Shown piece by piece: positions 51,478 through 60,935 of a stretch of 64,000 bases of DNA; the stretch's first letter is position 1; each line of letters begins with the position of its first letter. The DNA comes from Candidatus Poribacteria bacterium (lineage in GTDB: Bacteria > Poribacteria > WGA-4E > WGA-3G): the NCBI GenBank assembly GCA_965215265.1, contig OZ244048.1, positions 4,224,001-4,288,000 of the forward strand, in the 5' to 3' direction. Both the position numbers and the translations under genes were made by a program. A model generated the notes under the pieces. It made no database searches and was not told the origin of the DNA. It saw only the letters and a list, made by a program, of their open reading frames with translations.

Positions 51478-52245
51478 TTATTTCAAGTGATTAATCGACT
51501 TGAGGTGCCCCCACGTTACGCCAAGTTTACCGGCCGGTTCAATTGCCAAATACGTTTGGAACCCATCCATAAGAACCTGAATATCTTCTTGCTCAAGTGC
51601 AGAATGAAAAATAGCGACTTCATCCATAGCCCCCGTGAAAAAGTTCCCAGTGGCATCCCATACGCCGCATCCACCGATGTTAACATTAAAAGCGGATGTG
51701 CCGTGATTCGCCCAGCCCCCTTTTTTCTCTTTATATTCGCCATCAATGTAGACGTGAACGTAGTCTGTTGTCGCAACACACCCAACGTGGTGCCAATCGC
51801 CATTGTCGTGTTTGAATGGCCAAGGATGCTCTGTACCACCAGCAGTTGGGGTCCAGAGGTTTACGGTCTGAGGGTTAATAAATCCGAATTCCGGCGAATC
51901 GTTTTGGCCCACTAGACCTATTCGATTGGCACTAATGTCGCCCGTTTGCACCCACGTAATAATCGTGAACTCTTCCAGGTTATCCAGCAGCTTCTGTTCT
52001 GTTTGAACGCAGCTAGCCTTGCCATCAAATTCAAGAGCCATCCCATATTTTCCCCTTACCCATGCAGGGGACTTAACCAATGTTCCATCATTTCCTGCGT
52101 TGGACAAGTCGCCAGCAACTTCGCCTTTACCTTCATCAAAGAGCCAGATGCCGACAGCTGTCTCTAGGTCTATCTCCGCGGTGCTAATATGAACAGCAAT
52201 GAGACTGAAACACACAACACCGAGAACTAACAGATTTTTTTTCAT
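51478..52245 (-). CDS. Secreted LamG/concanavalin-like domain protein
   Basis: Signal peptide, IWLFDEGKG, ALEFDG, WHHV, FTGAMDEVAIF and tail EPAGKLGVTWG. Confidence 0.88.
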   Translation of the reverse strand: MKKNLLVLGVVCFSLIAVHISTAEIDLETAVGIWLFDEGKGEVAGDLSNAGNDGTLVKSPAWVRGKYGMALEFDGKASCVQTEQKLLDNLEEFTIITWVQTGDISANRIGLVGQNDSPEFGFINPQTVNLWTPTAGGTEHPWPFKHDNGDWHHVGCVATTDYVHVYIDGEYKEKKGGWANHGTSAFNVNIGGCGVWDATGNFFTGAMDEVAIFHSALEQEDIQVLMDGFQTYLAIEPAGKLGVTWGHLKSINHLK

Positions 52246-52765
52246 GTCATGTTCCTCCTACTGTAATGTAAACCTGAGTTCAACATAAGCATTTAGAAGT
52301 TCGCAGGCAACCGCAATGCTCGTAAACATCAAATTAACGGTGCCATTTGGAAAAGGTGCGGTCTCTTCATCGTACTAGAGACGTTCGCTAACTACCACAA
52401 TTATATCGAACTCACGTTTCTATATCTGATCAGAATTACAACAGCGTTCGCCATTGCATCTGAAATTAAGATTCGTTTAAAGCTTAATTTATTATAGAGT
52501 AAAATGAGATAAATTTACAAGAAAAAAAGTGAAGTTTTTTTTACTCGGTGCAGATAAAGTTCTTTTGGCGTGAATCGGCTTATCTGTATCCCGTCAGAAC
52601 TGTCTCGTGAAATAAAAAAATAGGGCGCATTTAAGACGTGACTGCCTACACCTTAAATCCGCCCTTATACACACAAAGTCTAATAACTCGCTTTTAGGTG
52701 CCCCCAACAGGCTTATGAGAAAGAGGTTCTTGTGGAGAGTCTGGGGTGTTGGATATCAGAATTCA

Positions 52766-52880
52766 GAATTAGGATTTGCAGCATTTTAGGATGCGCAGAA
52801 GAAGAAGGGACCCGGTGTTAGCATTGTCATCCTGGTTGGCTAATAGGTGGCTCTAACTCACCACAAAAAATGGGAATAAA
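52766..52880 (+). repeat. Degenerate direct repeat, left copy flanking the methylase island
   Basis: AGGATTTGCAGCA, GGTGTTAG and GGTGGCTCTAACTCAC are shared with 56933-57033. Confidence 0.7.
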
Positions 52881-52951
52881 TGCGTGAAAACTATCAGCTT
52901 CTTAGAACAATCCAATAACAAAGGCGCGTATCACGCATAGTGAACCCCCTC

Positions 52952-55732
52952 TTAGAACAGTGTCTGCCTGCGTTGCGCTAAGCCCATCTCCTGCTCTATA
53001 TCTCGCCACTCCGACACGAGCAGGTTGTAGTCTGACGCACGTTCCGCATCTCCGCACCTCTCATAGTGGGCATACAACACGCGCGCTAAACGCACCGCTG
53101 ACTCGCTCTCTCGCATCCCAAGCCCTACCCTAACGCACCCCTGAATCCCACCGCTAAACTCTATACCCGACAGATGCCAAACCATCCGCTGACACCCCTC
53201 CCACGCCGTCATCCTTTCACTGTGCTCGCGCGCTGCCAACTCTCCGCCTCGCAGCAACCGAACCTGACCTCGTTCCGCAAGCAGCACCTTGTCGTGCAGT
53301 GCGGCGATGTCTACGCCTTTCGCTTTTGACAGTCCATCGGCATCCCCGAAAGTGCCTACCGTGTAATCGTGCTGCTGCAGCCACGTCAGACAGAACTGAC
53401 TCTCCGCATCCAGTTCGCCTGTCTCTTTTTCATGATAAGCCACGATTTCGTGATTGATGTGCCGAAGCGCCTCGCGTATAGAAATGAGTTCTCCGCTGAT
53501 TCGCGTCACCTGGCGATAGCGGGAGTAAACAGCCATCCCTGGGCCGATGGCGGCTTGCGCCAGATCAACAGGTCTGATGTTTGCGGTGCGTGTGAGCCTG
53601 TCAAGCGCGGGTGGCATTGCGGCTTTGAGTTCTTTCAAGAAGTCGTTACGGATAATGATAGGTGCCTCTTCCGGGCGTGGGCGGCACACCAGCAGAATAG
53701 AGGTGGCAAGCGCATTTACCTGCGTCTTGAGTGCTTTCGTTTGTTCGGTGCGTATGGGCCAGGTAGCCACAATTTGAAAGCCTGCATTGACGAGCGCAGC
53801 GAGCATCGTCTCCCAGCCGGTGGAGGTGTTATCCTCGCGTTTCGCGGCCTGCTGTTTGTAGGCGTAGAAGATGAGCGTAGGAAACTTGTCAGAGCAGTCC
53901 TGCCGCAGCCGCAGCAAGGCTTTGCCGAGCAGTTCTTCAAACCGCTCTCGCGCCCCCTCAAACCTGGGCGCAGCAATAATCTCTTCACTCTTCGGTGTCA
54001 TCATTCCGCCGAACAACTCTGGATAAGTGTCGCGAAGCAACGGGCGCAGCCAGACATAGAAAAAGTCTGACAAATCGGCGTAGTTAATGTTGTCGTAGTA
54101 GGGCGGATCTGTGACGATAACAGGTCTCTCCTTAGCATGTGGTGTGTTGGTAGCGTCTGCCTGATACACGGTGCCGCTGTTCGCGGTGGCGGGTAAATGC
54201 TCAATCACTTTTGCAATCCACTCCACCTGTGCCATCCAGTTCTGTGTTGAATTTGAGAACGGGTTGCCTTCCACGAAGTCCCATATCATTGGAATGGCTT
54301 GGCGTATGAAGGTAGGGGCAATAAAGGTTGATGAGTTTCCCCACAATGCAAAACTGCAGTGTGCCTCAGCAGTTCTCCCGATAGCGAGTGCGAGATAGGT
54401 ACAAACCGCATCGGCGTAGCTTTCCTCTGCGCCGTCTTGTAGGATACGATGGCGGACTTCTGGCAACAGGTCGCTGAAAGTGGTTAGTGCCGTGAGTTGC
54501 CGCTCAGTGAAGAGTTCATGCCAATGTGTCATGCCGTAACCGAGACTGCTAACCTTTGGCGTATTCATTATGGCTTGCCTTGGCCGCCATTTTGGAATAG
54601 CAGCCATTGCCACTTGAAGATGTTCGTCAGTAGGCGACAGGAACAACTTTTTGCGTTGGGTGGGTGGGCTCTCGGCCACTATCGCCGTCATCATCTCCCC
54701 CATCTTCCCGCGTTTCGCTTGCTCGCGAAGATAAGCCAATTTAACTGCCGTGCCGCACGCGCAGCAGTGCGCGCCCGTACGCCTCACTGTCGGCATCGGC
54801 ACACCCGTCTTTGAAGATTGCACCACCCACGATAGCGTGTTGGTGTCTCTGTCCACTACAGGCCTTGTCCAATATTCATTGCCACGCCTCTTTGACAACT
54901 GAAAGCTTTTCATCAGCGGCTTCTGGAGGCCGCAGGCAGGGTTGCTACACGGCACCGTGCGCGCCCACAGCCACGCCACAACGGTGGCAGCCGTGCCGTC
55001 TCGCAACCGCACTGGCGGATAGAGGTGCCCGATGCGTTGGTGGGCTTGTTCACGCAGCCACTGGCCGTAGTGGCGGATGTCGGCAGCCAAGCCCGCAGTG
55101 CCACGCCAACTCTGCTCTGTGACGATGCTATTGGCTGAATCCGCTTTGAGATAGAGCGGTGGATGGTTATGAAATCTCGGCGGCAATTCAATCATCGCCT
55201 TCGTAAGCAGCACTGGGAGTGGATTTAGATCCGAGCCGCGGGCATGCACGCCCAATCGTTGTGCTTCAAGGGGGATGGAGCCCCCGCCACAGAACGCATC
55301 GTAGACAGCAGGACCGTGTTCTCGCAGATAGTTTAGCACCGCCCCCGGTTCATTCTCAAACCGCTGCCGAAAAGCCGTCAACTCTTCGCCGTTGTTGCGT
55401 GCCACAGACAAAGCAATCTCGTAGCGTGCCTCGGCTAACAAGTTGTCATCGGTGCTATTTTTCCAAACCACAAGCCGGCTAAGCAGGCGATGGAGCCTCT
55501 CGCGTTCAGCGTTCTGTGCGGTTTCAGTTGGGAACTCGGCGGGGCAGTCGCCCGGATCATCTACAAGGCAGGCGAAGATGACGGCGCGACAAGCAGCCAG
55601 CGGGCGGCGCGCCCAATAGCGGTGCAGCGTTGAAGGGTGTCCATGTGTCAGCGAGGCATCCTTTGCCGATTCCGCGTTGATAGCTGGCAGCGGGATATTC
55701 ACCTCAATCAGTTTTTTGCGATAAACGGGCAT
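52952..55732 (-). CDS. DUF1156-containing adenine DNA methyltransferase with Zn ribbon
   Basis: KKLIEV..LHRYWARRPLAACRA, FCGGGSIPLEAQRLG, CxxPxC and TDPPYYDNINYADLSDFFYVWLR. Confidence 0.9.
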   Translation of the reverse strand: MPVYRKKLIEVNIPLPAINAESAKDASLTHGHPSTLHRYWARRPLAACRAVIFACLVDDPGDCPAEFPTETAQNAERERLHRLLSRLVVWKNSTDDNLLAEARYEIALSVARNNGEELTAFRQRFENEPGAVLNYLREHGPAVYDAFCGGGSIPLEAQRLGVHARGSDLNPLPVLLTKAMIELPPRFHNHPPLYLKADSANSIVTEQSWRGTAGLAADIRHYGQWLREQAHQRIGHLYPPVRLRDGTAATVVAWLWARTVPCSNPACGLQKPLMKSFQLSKRRGNEYWTRPVVDRDTNTLSWVVQSSKTGVPMPTVRRTGAHCCACGTAVKLAYLREQAKRGKMGEMMTAIVAESPPTQRKKLFLSPTDEHLQVAMAAIPKWRPRQAIMNTPKVSSLGYGMTHWHELFTERQLTALTTFSDLLPEVRHRILQDGAEESYADAVCTYLALAIGRTAEAHCSFALWGNSSTFIAPTFIRQAIPMIWDFVEGNPFSNSTQNWMAQVEWIAKVIEHLPATANSGTVYQADATNTPHAKERPVIVTDPPYYDNINYADLSDFFYVWLRPLLRDTYPELFGGMMTPKSEEIIAAPRFEGARERFEELLGKALLRLRQDCSDKFPTLIFYAYKQQAAKREDNTSTGWETMLAALVNAGFQIVATWPIRTEQTKALKTQVNALATSILLVCRPRPEEAPIIIRNDFLKELKAAMPPALDRLTRTANIRPVDLAQAAIGPGMAVYSRYRQVTRISGELISIREALRHINHEIVAYHEKETGELDAESQFCLTWLQQHDYTVGTFGDADGLSKAKGVDIAALHDKVLLAERGQVRLLRGGELAAREHSERMTAWEGCQRMVWHLSGIEFSGGIQGCVRVGLGMRESESAVRLARVLYAHYERCGDAERASDYNLLVSEWRDIEQEMGLAQRRQTLF

Positions 55733-55771
55733 AATGATGCCTTAGTCCCTCTCCCGACAGGGCTAGCGTTC

Positions 55772-56707
55772 CTATCTATTTAGGCTTCGTGCGAAACTAT
55801 CAAGACTCTCTGCTTGAACGGCGGCCAGGTGCAGCTGCTCAAGGTGTTGTAAATCGGTAATGCGTTGCAACGCCGGTGCTAACGCCTTGACAGTATTCGG
55901 TGAAAACTTAGCGCTCAGCACCGCCAATGTATTTTTGATGGTGCTCTCTTTCGCACCTTGTTCTATGCCGCGTTCTATGCCTCGTTCTATACCTTGTTCT
56001 ATACCTTGTTCTATACCTTGCGCGATAAATTCATCGCGTAACAGTTGGAAATATTTAGATTCTCGCATCAGTCCCTCCGGTATCAGACGTTTGAAAAGCG
56101 ACGCGTCATGCACAATACCCCCGAAAACCGACAGCGCACACAGTAAATCTCCTTGCGCCCCCTCATCCAAATCCGTTCCTGTCGTCGCGGTTATACATCT
56201 TTGAATCCAAGCCGCCGAGTCCAAACCTTCAGGCGGTTTCATCAATGGTGTGAGCGGCAACAGCCCAGGCGCAGCCAACGCCAAAATAGATTCACCTGCT
56301 ACTTCTATCAGACGGATAACCTTATACCGCAACCGATAGGCATAGCCACACAGACTATATTCATACACACCCCCATCCCTTCTACCCGCTGACGGATGAA
56401 AGTACAGCACATTCGAATACACCGGCAGCTGGTATTCCCCGAGCAGATACCCGTGATACGCTGCGTTTCGTGCCCACATCGGTTTGGGTGTGCTATCTCG
56501 CACCTGCAACTCTATGTGTAGGATAGCCTCTTCGTTATCAATACGGATACGCTTGGTGCTATCGACACGCTGCCCGATAACCACCTGTTGTTCCGTGTCA
56601 AGGTTTTCAAGCACCTCAACATTGTCCACCCCGAGTATAAACCGTGAGATGTCGTCGGCATGCTCCGTCAACAACTCTTTTGCCATATTATCATAGTCCT
56701 GTGCCAT
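55772..56707 (-). CDS. Rpn-family recombination-promoting nuclease / putative transposase (PD-(D/E)XK)
   Basis: YDNMAKELL, RVD..ILHIELQ, LPLTPLM, MRES and GIEQ repeats. Start placed at ATG 56707. Confidence 0.8.
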   Translation of the reverse strand: MAQDYDNMAKELLTEHADDISRFILGVDNVEVLENLDTEQQVVIGQRVDSTKRIRIDNEEAILHIELQVRDSTPKPMWARNAAYHGYLLGEYQLPVYSNVLYFHPSAGRRDGGVYEYSLCGYAYRLRYKVIRLIEVAGESILALAAPGLLPLTPLMKPPEGLDSAAWIQRCITATTGTDLDEGAQGDLLCALSVFGGIVHDASLFKRLIPEGLMRESKYFQLLRDEFIAQGIEQGIEQGIERGIERGIEQGAKESTIKNTLAVLSAKFSPNTVKALAPALQRITDLQHLEQLHLAAVQAESLDSFARSLNR

Positions 56708-56713
56708 AAAGTT

Positions 56714-56743
56714 ATTATACACCAATGCGTTAAAAAAAGTCAA
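56714..56743 (-). promoter_or_regulatory. Putative sigma70 promoter of the rpn-DUF1156 unit, near-leaderless
   Basis: Minus strand TTGACT, 18 bp, TATAAT, ending 6 nt before the ATG. Confidence 0.6.
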
Positions 56744-56744
56744 G

Positions 56745-56835
56745 TTTTCGTATATTTCAGCGCTATAAAGGCTGCTGCTCTATTAAAACCTTTACAAACC
56801 TCGTCAGAGCCGTTTATGTTTTGAATCTAAACATC
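56745..56835. repeat. Foldback-repeat locus 14: left arm plus core, same extent as the phyH insert
   Basis: TTTTCGTATATTTCAG..ACAAACCTCGTCAGAGCC..GAATCTAAACATC. Confidence 0.88.
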
Positions 56836-56932
56836 ATCACACACAGACGACTCTCAGAAAAAAATGGAGGTAAGTGAGAGAAGCGGGGCCTCATTTACCC
56901 GGGCTTGTGGAAAAAGTGTATAATTCGGGTCT

Positions 56933-57033
56933 GAATCAGGATTTGCAGCAGAAAAAGGAGCCGGCCGGGTGTTAGAGTTGTGGTTCTATTTGACTGACGG
57001 GTGGCTCTAACTCACGAAAAACGAGGGTAAGTG
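56933..57033 (+). repeat. Degenerate direct repeat, right copy flanking the methylase island
   Basis: Same three blocks as 52766-52880, with a 32-bp offset between the last two blocks in both copies. Confidence 0.7.
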
Positions 57034-57049
57034 ACGCATCAATTCAGAC

Positions 57050-57078
57050 TTGACAAAAAAAGTCGCATCGGTTAGGAT
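57050..57078 (+). promoter_or_regulatory. Putative sigma70 promoter
   Basis: TTGACA, 17 bp, TAGGAT. Confidence 0.6.
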
Positions 57079-57127
57079 TCTACATAATCCGAAAGAATCA
57101 CCCTATTAAGCGAAGGATGAAAAGATT

Positions 57128-58195
57128 ATGGAAGAAAAACATCTGTTTGATGCGAGTCATCTTCACGCAATTGCGCGAACTATATTTGTTGCTGCAGGTA
57201 CGTCTCTACACATCGCTAACGATGTGGCAGAGATTTTAGTTAAGGCAAACCTCGCCGGTCACGATTCACACGGTGTGCTCCGCATTCCAGCTTATTTAAG
57301 AGGGATTGATAGCGGTGCTCTTAAACCATCTGCTGAACCAGAAATCTTGGCTGAAACCGCCAATACCTTACGTATTGATGGAAAAGGCGGTTTTGGGCAC
57401 TACACTGCCCGTTGGGCTATTAAGCGAGCTATCGAAAAGGCGAAAACGTCCACTTCCTGTTCCGTCAGTCTTTCTAATACAGGGCACATTGGACGTTTAG
57501 GTGAATATGCCGAAGAAGCCACAGCAGCGGGATGTATTGGGTTGATTAGCGTTGGGGGTGGTGGAAGGAAGGGAGGTCCCACCGTCCCTTATGGCGGTGC
57601 GCAAGGGGTATTCGGGACTAACCCTATCGCCCTTGGAGTACCTACTGGAGACAGTACGCCGTTTATAGTTGATTATGCAACCAGCATGGTAGCCGAAGGT
57701 AAAATCCAGGTCGCGCGCAGCAAAGGCACTGAACTACCAGAAGGCTGTATCTTAGATAAGCACGGTGTGCCCAGCGTTAAGCCTGCAGATTTCTATGACG
57801 GTGGGGCACTACTCGCATTCGGTAAGCATAAAGGTTATGCACTGTCTATGTTTACGTGTCTGCTCGGCGGTTTGGCCGGAACGTTTGACGTTGAGAATGG
57901 ACGCATGAGCGGGACTTTTATGCAAGCGATTGATGTCAACGCTTTCACACCGGTCGACGAATATCAGAAAGCCGTGCGTGCCTTTTTGGATGGCATTAAG
58001 AGCACGCCGCCGGCCCCCGGTTTTAATGAAGTCTTAGTCCCAGGTGATTTTGAAGCCCGAACCCGCGCGCAACGACTTAAGAGCGGCATTGAGATACCAG
58101 ATACAATTTACACCCAACTTCAAGAGTGTTCCGAAAAACTTAATCTTTCTCTCGGTGATGACATAGTTGAAGAGGAAGATAAGACGCGTTACTAA
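57128..58195 (+). CDS. Ldh_2 family oxidoreductase
   Basis: NLAGHDSHG, GHIGRLGEY, TNPIA and HKGYAL. Confidence 0.9.
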   Translation: MEEKHLFDASHLHAIARTIFVAAGTSLHIANDVAEILVKANLAGHDSHGVLRIPAYLRGIDSGALKPSAEPEILAETANTLRIDGKGGFGHYTARWAIKRAIEKAKTSTSCSVSLSNTGHIGRLGEYAEEATAAGCIGLISVGGGGRKGGPTVPYGGAQGVFGTNPIALGVPTGDSTPFIVDYATSMVAEGKIQVARSKGTELPEGCILDKHGVPSVKPADFYDGGALLAFGKHKGYALSMFTCLLGGLAGTFDVENGRMSGTFMQAIDVNAFTPVDEYQKAVRAFLDGIKSTPPAPGFNEVLVPGDFEARTRAQRLKSGIEIPDTIYTQLQECSEKLNLSLGDDIVEEEDKTRY

Positions 58196-58367
58196 TTTTT
58201 TGTATAGCACGTCAAATTGTGTCCACGGCTATAAATTCTTTTTGTCTCCTACTCGGGGACAATGAATATGGCCGGGCTGAGATTTTTATCAGACTCAGTA
58301 GCCTAAAAAAAAACTCCTGAGGGCGTTGTTAGGTTTATTCAAACAATTTGATAGGAGATGAGTCATC

Positions 58368-59399
58368 ATGAAAAGGCACATAATTCACGCCCCACAACTT
58401 AGGACATTTACAAGCAAGCTTTTTGTGGTTGCAGGGACACCAAAACATATTGCCGATGGCGTTGCCGAGATTTTGATTAAAGCCAATCTGGTTGGGCACG
58501 ATTCTCACGGCGTGCTGCGCATTCCATCTTATCTGGAAGCAATTGAAAACGGTGGTATCCAACCAGCCGCAGAGCCGAAAATACTCAGTGAAACCGACAA
58601 TACTTTCTCCGTTGATGGTGAGAATGGTTTTGGACACTATACTGCGCGCTGCGCAATGCAACGTGCGATTGAGAAAGCCAAATACAGTCGAACCTGCTAC
58701 GCAACGTTAACCCGCACAGGACATGTGGGTAGGGTTGGTGAATATGCAGAACAAGCTGCTGCAGCTGGGTGTATTGGGATTATCACTGTCGGTGGTGGCG
58801 CGAAAGCTGGTGGGCGCATACTCCCTTTCGGCGGCACAGAGGGGGTGCTCGGTACAAACCCTATCGCTATCGGGGTTCCGACCGGTGATGACAGTCCGTT
58901 TCTGCTTGATTTCGCAACGAGCATGATTGCAAATGGGAAAACCTACGTTGCCGATAGTGAAAATCGGGCTCTCCCGGTAGGTTGCGCAGTTGACAAACAC
59001 GGAAACCCTACCGTGAAAACGGATGAATATCGCGATGGTGGACACCTCCTTGCATTCGGTAAACATAAAGGTTATGCCCTCTCTCTCTTCGTCTCTCTTC
59101 TAGGAGGTTTAGGTGGCACCTTTAACATCCAAACTGGGCAGATGGGTGGTATATTTATGCAGGTGATTAATCCCGATGCCTTCATGTCCTTGTCAGAGTA
59201 CCAAAAAGGCGTGCGTGCGTTCTTAGATACGATTAAAGCGACACCACCAGCCCCCGGTTTTGATGAAGTGTTAGTCCCCGGCGATTTTGAAGCCCGTTCC
59301 CAGGCACATAGACTTGAGAACGGTATTGATATACCGGATACCATTTTTCAACAGCTTCAGGAATATGCTGAAAAACTGAATGTCTCTATGGATGTTTAA
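58368..59399 (+). CDS. Ldh_2 family oxidoreductase (tandem paralog)
   Basis: Same motifs, clearly similar to the preceding gene. Confidence 0.9.
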   Translation: MKRHIIHAPQLRTFTSKLFVVAGTPKHIADGVAEILIKANLVGHDSHGVLRIPSYLEAIENGGIQPAAEPKILSETDNTFSVDGENGFGHYTARCAMQRAIEKAKYSRTCYATLTRTGHVGRVGEYAEQAAAAGCIGIITVGGGAKAGGRILPFGGTEGVLGTNPIAIGVPTGDDSPFLLDFATSMIANGKTYVADSENRALPVGCAVDKHGNPTVKTDEYRDGGHLLAFGKHKGYALSLFVSLLGGLGGTFNIQTGQMGGIFMQVINPDAFMSLSEYQKGVRAFLDTIKATPPAPGFDEVLVPGDFEARSQAHRLENGIDIPDTIFQQLQEYAEKLNVSMDV

Positions 59400-59463
59400 T
59401 CACACAATTTTTTATCAGATTCAGCCGGACACTTCTTAGGTAAATAGTGAGGTGTATTTATTC

Positions 59464-60099
59464 CTACCACGCTGCGTGCTTGAGGAATTCTAATGCCATT
59501 AAGGTATGCCCCTCCGCGTTCGGATGAACGCCGTCTTCGGTTGTCCACAATGCCCCGGGGCGTGCTGCAACCGCGTTCCTAAAGGCTGAACTCGTACGGA
59601 CTAATCGCGCGTCAAACTCCTCGGCGAGTTTGTGGATGCTGGCGTTATAGGCATCGATGGGTAACGGACGTGGCATCTCGACATCTTCCTCAATATAGAA
59701 GATTTCAAAAAGAAAGAGTCGGGCGGATAGTTCCTCGTGCGTCCGCTGCAGGATGCGGCGGTAGCAGGCTTCCCAGTGAGGCAGATAGTCTTCCGTTAAA
59801 ACGCCTTCGGCATGCTGGCGGCTAGCATTGTTAATGCCGATTTTAACAGAAAGCCAATCCGGTATTTCGTCAATAACATCGCTACTCCACCGATGCTCTA
59901 AACCCTCAACTATATCACCGCTAATTCCTTTGTTCACATAGGCGATATTGCGTTCAGGGTACTTAGCAGTAATCAGTTCGGTTATTTTTCGGACGTACCC
60001 ATGCCCCAAAGGCGTGTGTGCATCACGTCTTCCACAATCTGTAATGCTATCTCCGATGAAAAGCACCTTATCTCCGGATTGAAAGACCAAATTGTTCAC
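59464..60099 (-). CDS. SGNH/GDSL hydrolase
   Basis: FIGDSIT, NKGISG, IGINN and DGVHP. GTG start with GGAG RBS. Confidence 0.88.
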   Translation of the reverse strand: MNNLVFQSGDKVLFIGDSITDCGRRDAHTPLGHGYVRKITELITAKYPERNIAYVNKGISGDIVEGLEHRWSSDVIDEIPDWLSVKIGINNASRQHAEGVLTEDYLPHWEACYRRILQRTHEELSARLFLFEIFYIEEDVEMPRPLPIDAYNASIHKLAEEFDARLVRTSSAFRNAVAARPGALWTTEDGVHPNAEGHTLMALEFLKHAAW

Positions 60100-60263
60100 A
60101 GAAATTCTCCTGTCTGTTGTATAATAATTAAACACAGTTTTTTGCTGCGCTGTGAAGGCCGATTGCAACATCTACTATTCTCCAAACGGCCTTTCACATG
60201 CGGAGTTTAGCATAGATACGGCTTAATTTGCAAATTCTTACGAAAAATTAATGAGTTATTAGG

Positions 60264-60929
60264 ATGAAAAACATCGGAGCCCTCCACGTCATTACAGACA
60301 TAACACTTCAGTCGCGATTCACACATGCGGAACTTGCGAGGCTTGCAATTGCAGGTGGCGCGGATACGATACAATTTCGGCATAAAACAGGGACGACGCG
60401 CGCATTAATACAAATGGCAGAAGAGATGCAGCGGATATGCGCACAAAGCGACGTGCCTTTGATAATTAACGATAGGGCAGATATTGCGTTGGCTATCGAG
60501 GCTACGGGCGCGCATTTCGGACAAGACGACATGTCTATCTCTATTGCCCGACGTATTCTCCCTATGTCGGCAATCATCGGTGCCTCTGCCCGTACTGAGC
60601 AGAAAATACTCACTGCGATTCGGGATGGGGCAGACTACATCGGCTTCGGGCCCATCTACGGCACGCAATCAAAACCGGATGCAGAAACCGCTAAAGGGTT
60701 GGAGCGGCTTCATAGGATGTGTGAGATTGCACCCTGCCCTGTCATCGCAATTGGTGGGATTACAGTAGAAACGGCAGCAAAGGTTATTCATGCTGGGGCA
60801 CATGGCATCGCTGTTATCTCTGCTGTGTGCTCGCACCCTCATCCGGAGGAAGCTGCGGCGGCGCTCCGCAGTGAAATTCAGGGTGCCAAAAAAAATCAGT
60901 CGGTTAACAACCCTAAGGGGCAGTTTTAA
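60264..60929 (+). CDS. thiE: Thiamine-phosphate synthase
   Basis: QFRHK, LIIND, H.GQDD, GADYIGFGP, TQSK and AIGGI. Confidence 0.92.
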   Translation: MKNIGALHVITDITLQSRFTHAELARLAIAGGADTIQFRHKTGTTRALIQMAEEMQRICAQSDVPLIINDRADIALAIEATGAHFGQDDMSISIARRILPMSAIIGASARTEQKILTAIRDGADYIGFGPIYGTQSKPDAETAKGLERLHRMCEIAPCPVIAIGGITVETAAKVIHAGAHGIAVISAVCSHPHPEEAAAALRSEIQGAKKNQSVNNPKGQF

Positions 60930-60935
60930 AGAAAT

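Noticed and set aside
52246-52760. Long intergenic region as a riboswitch or ncRNA
   Set aside because: I recognise no conserved RNA motif by eye; an Rfam scan would be needed.
55955-56020. 12-bp tandem repeats in the rpn gene
   Set aside because: They encode GIEQ/GIER repeats that are ordinary for Rpn-family C-termini.
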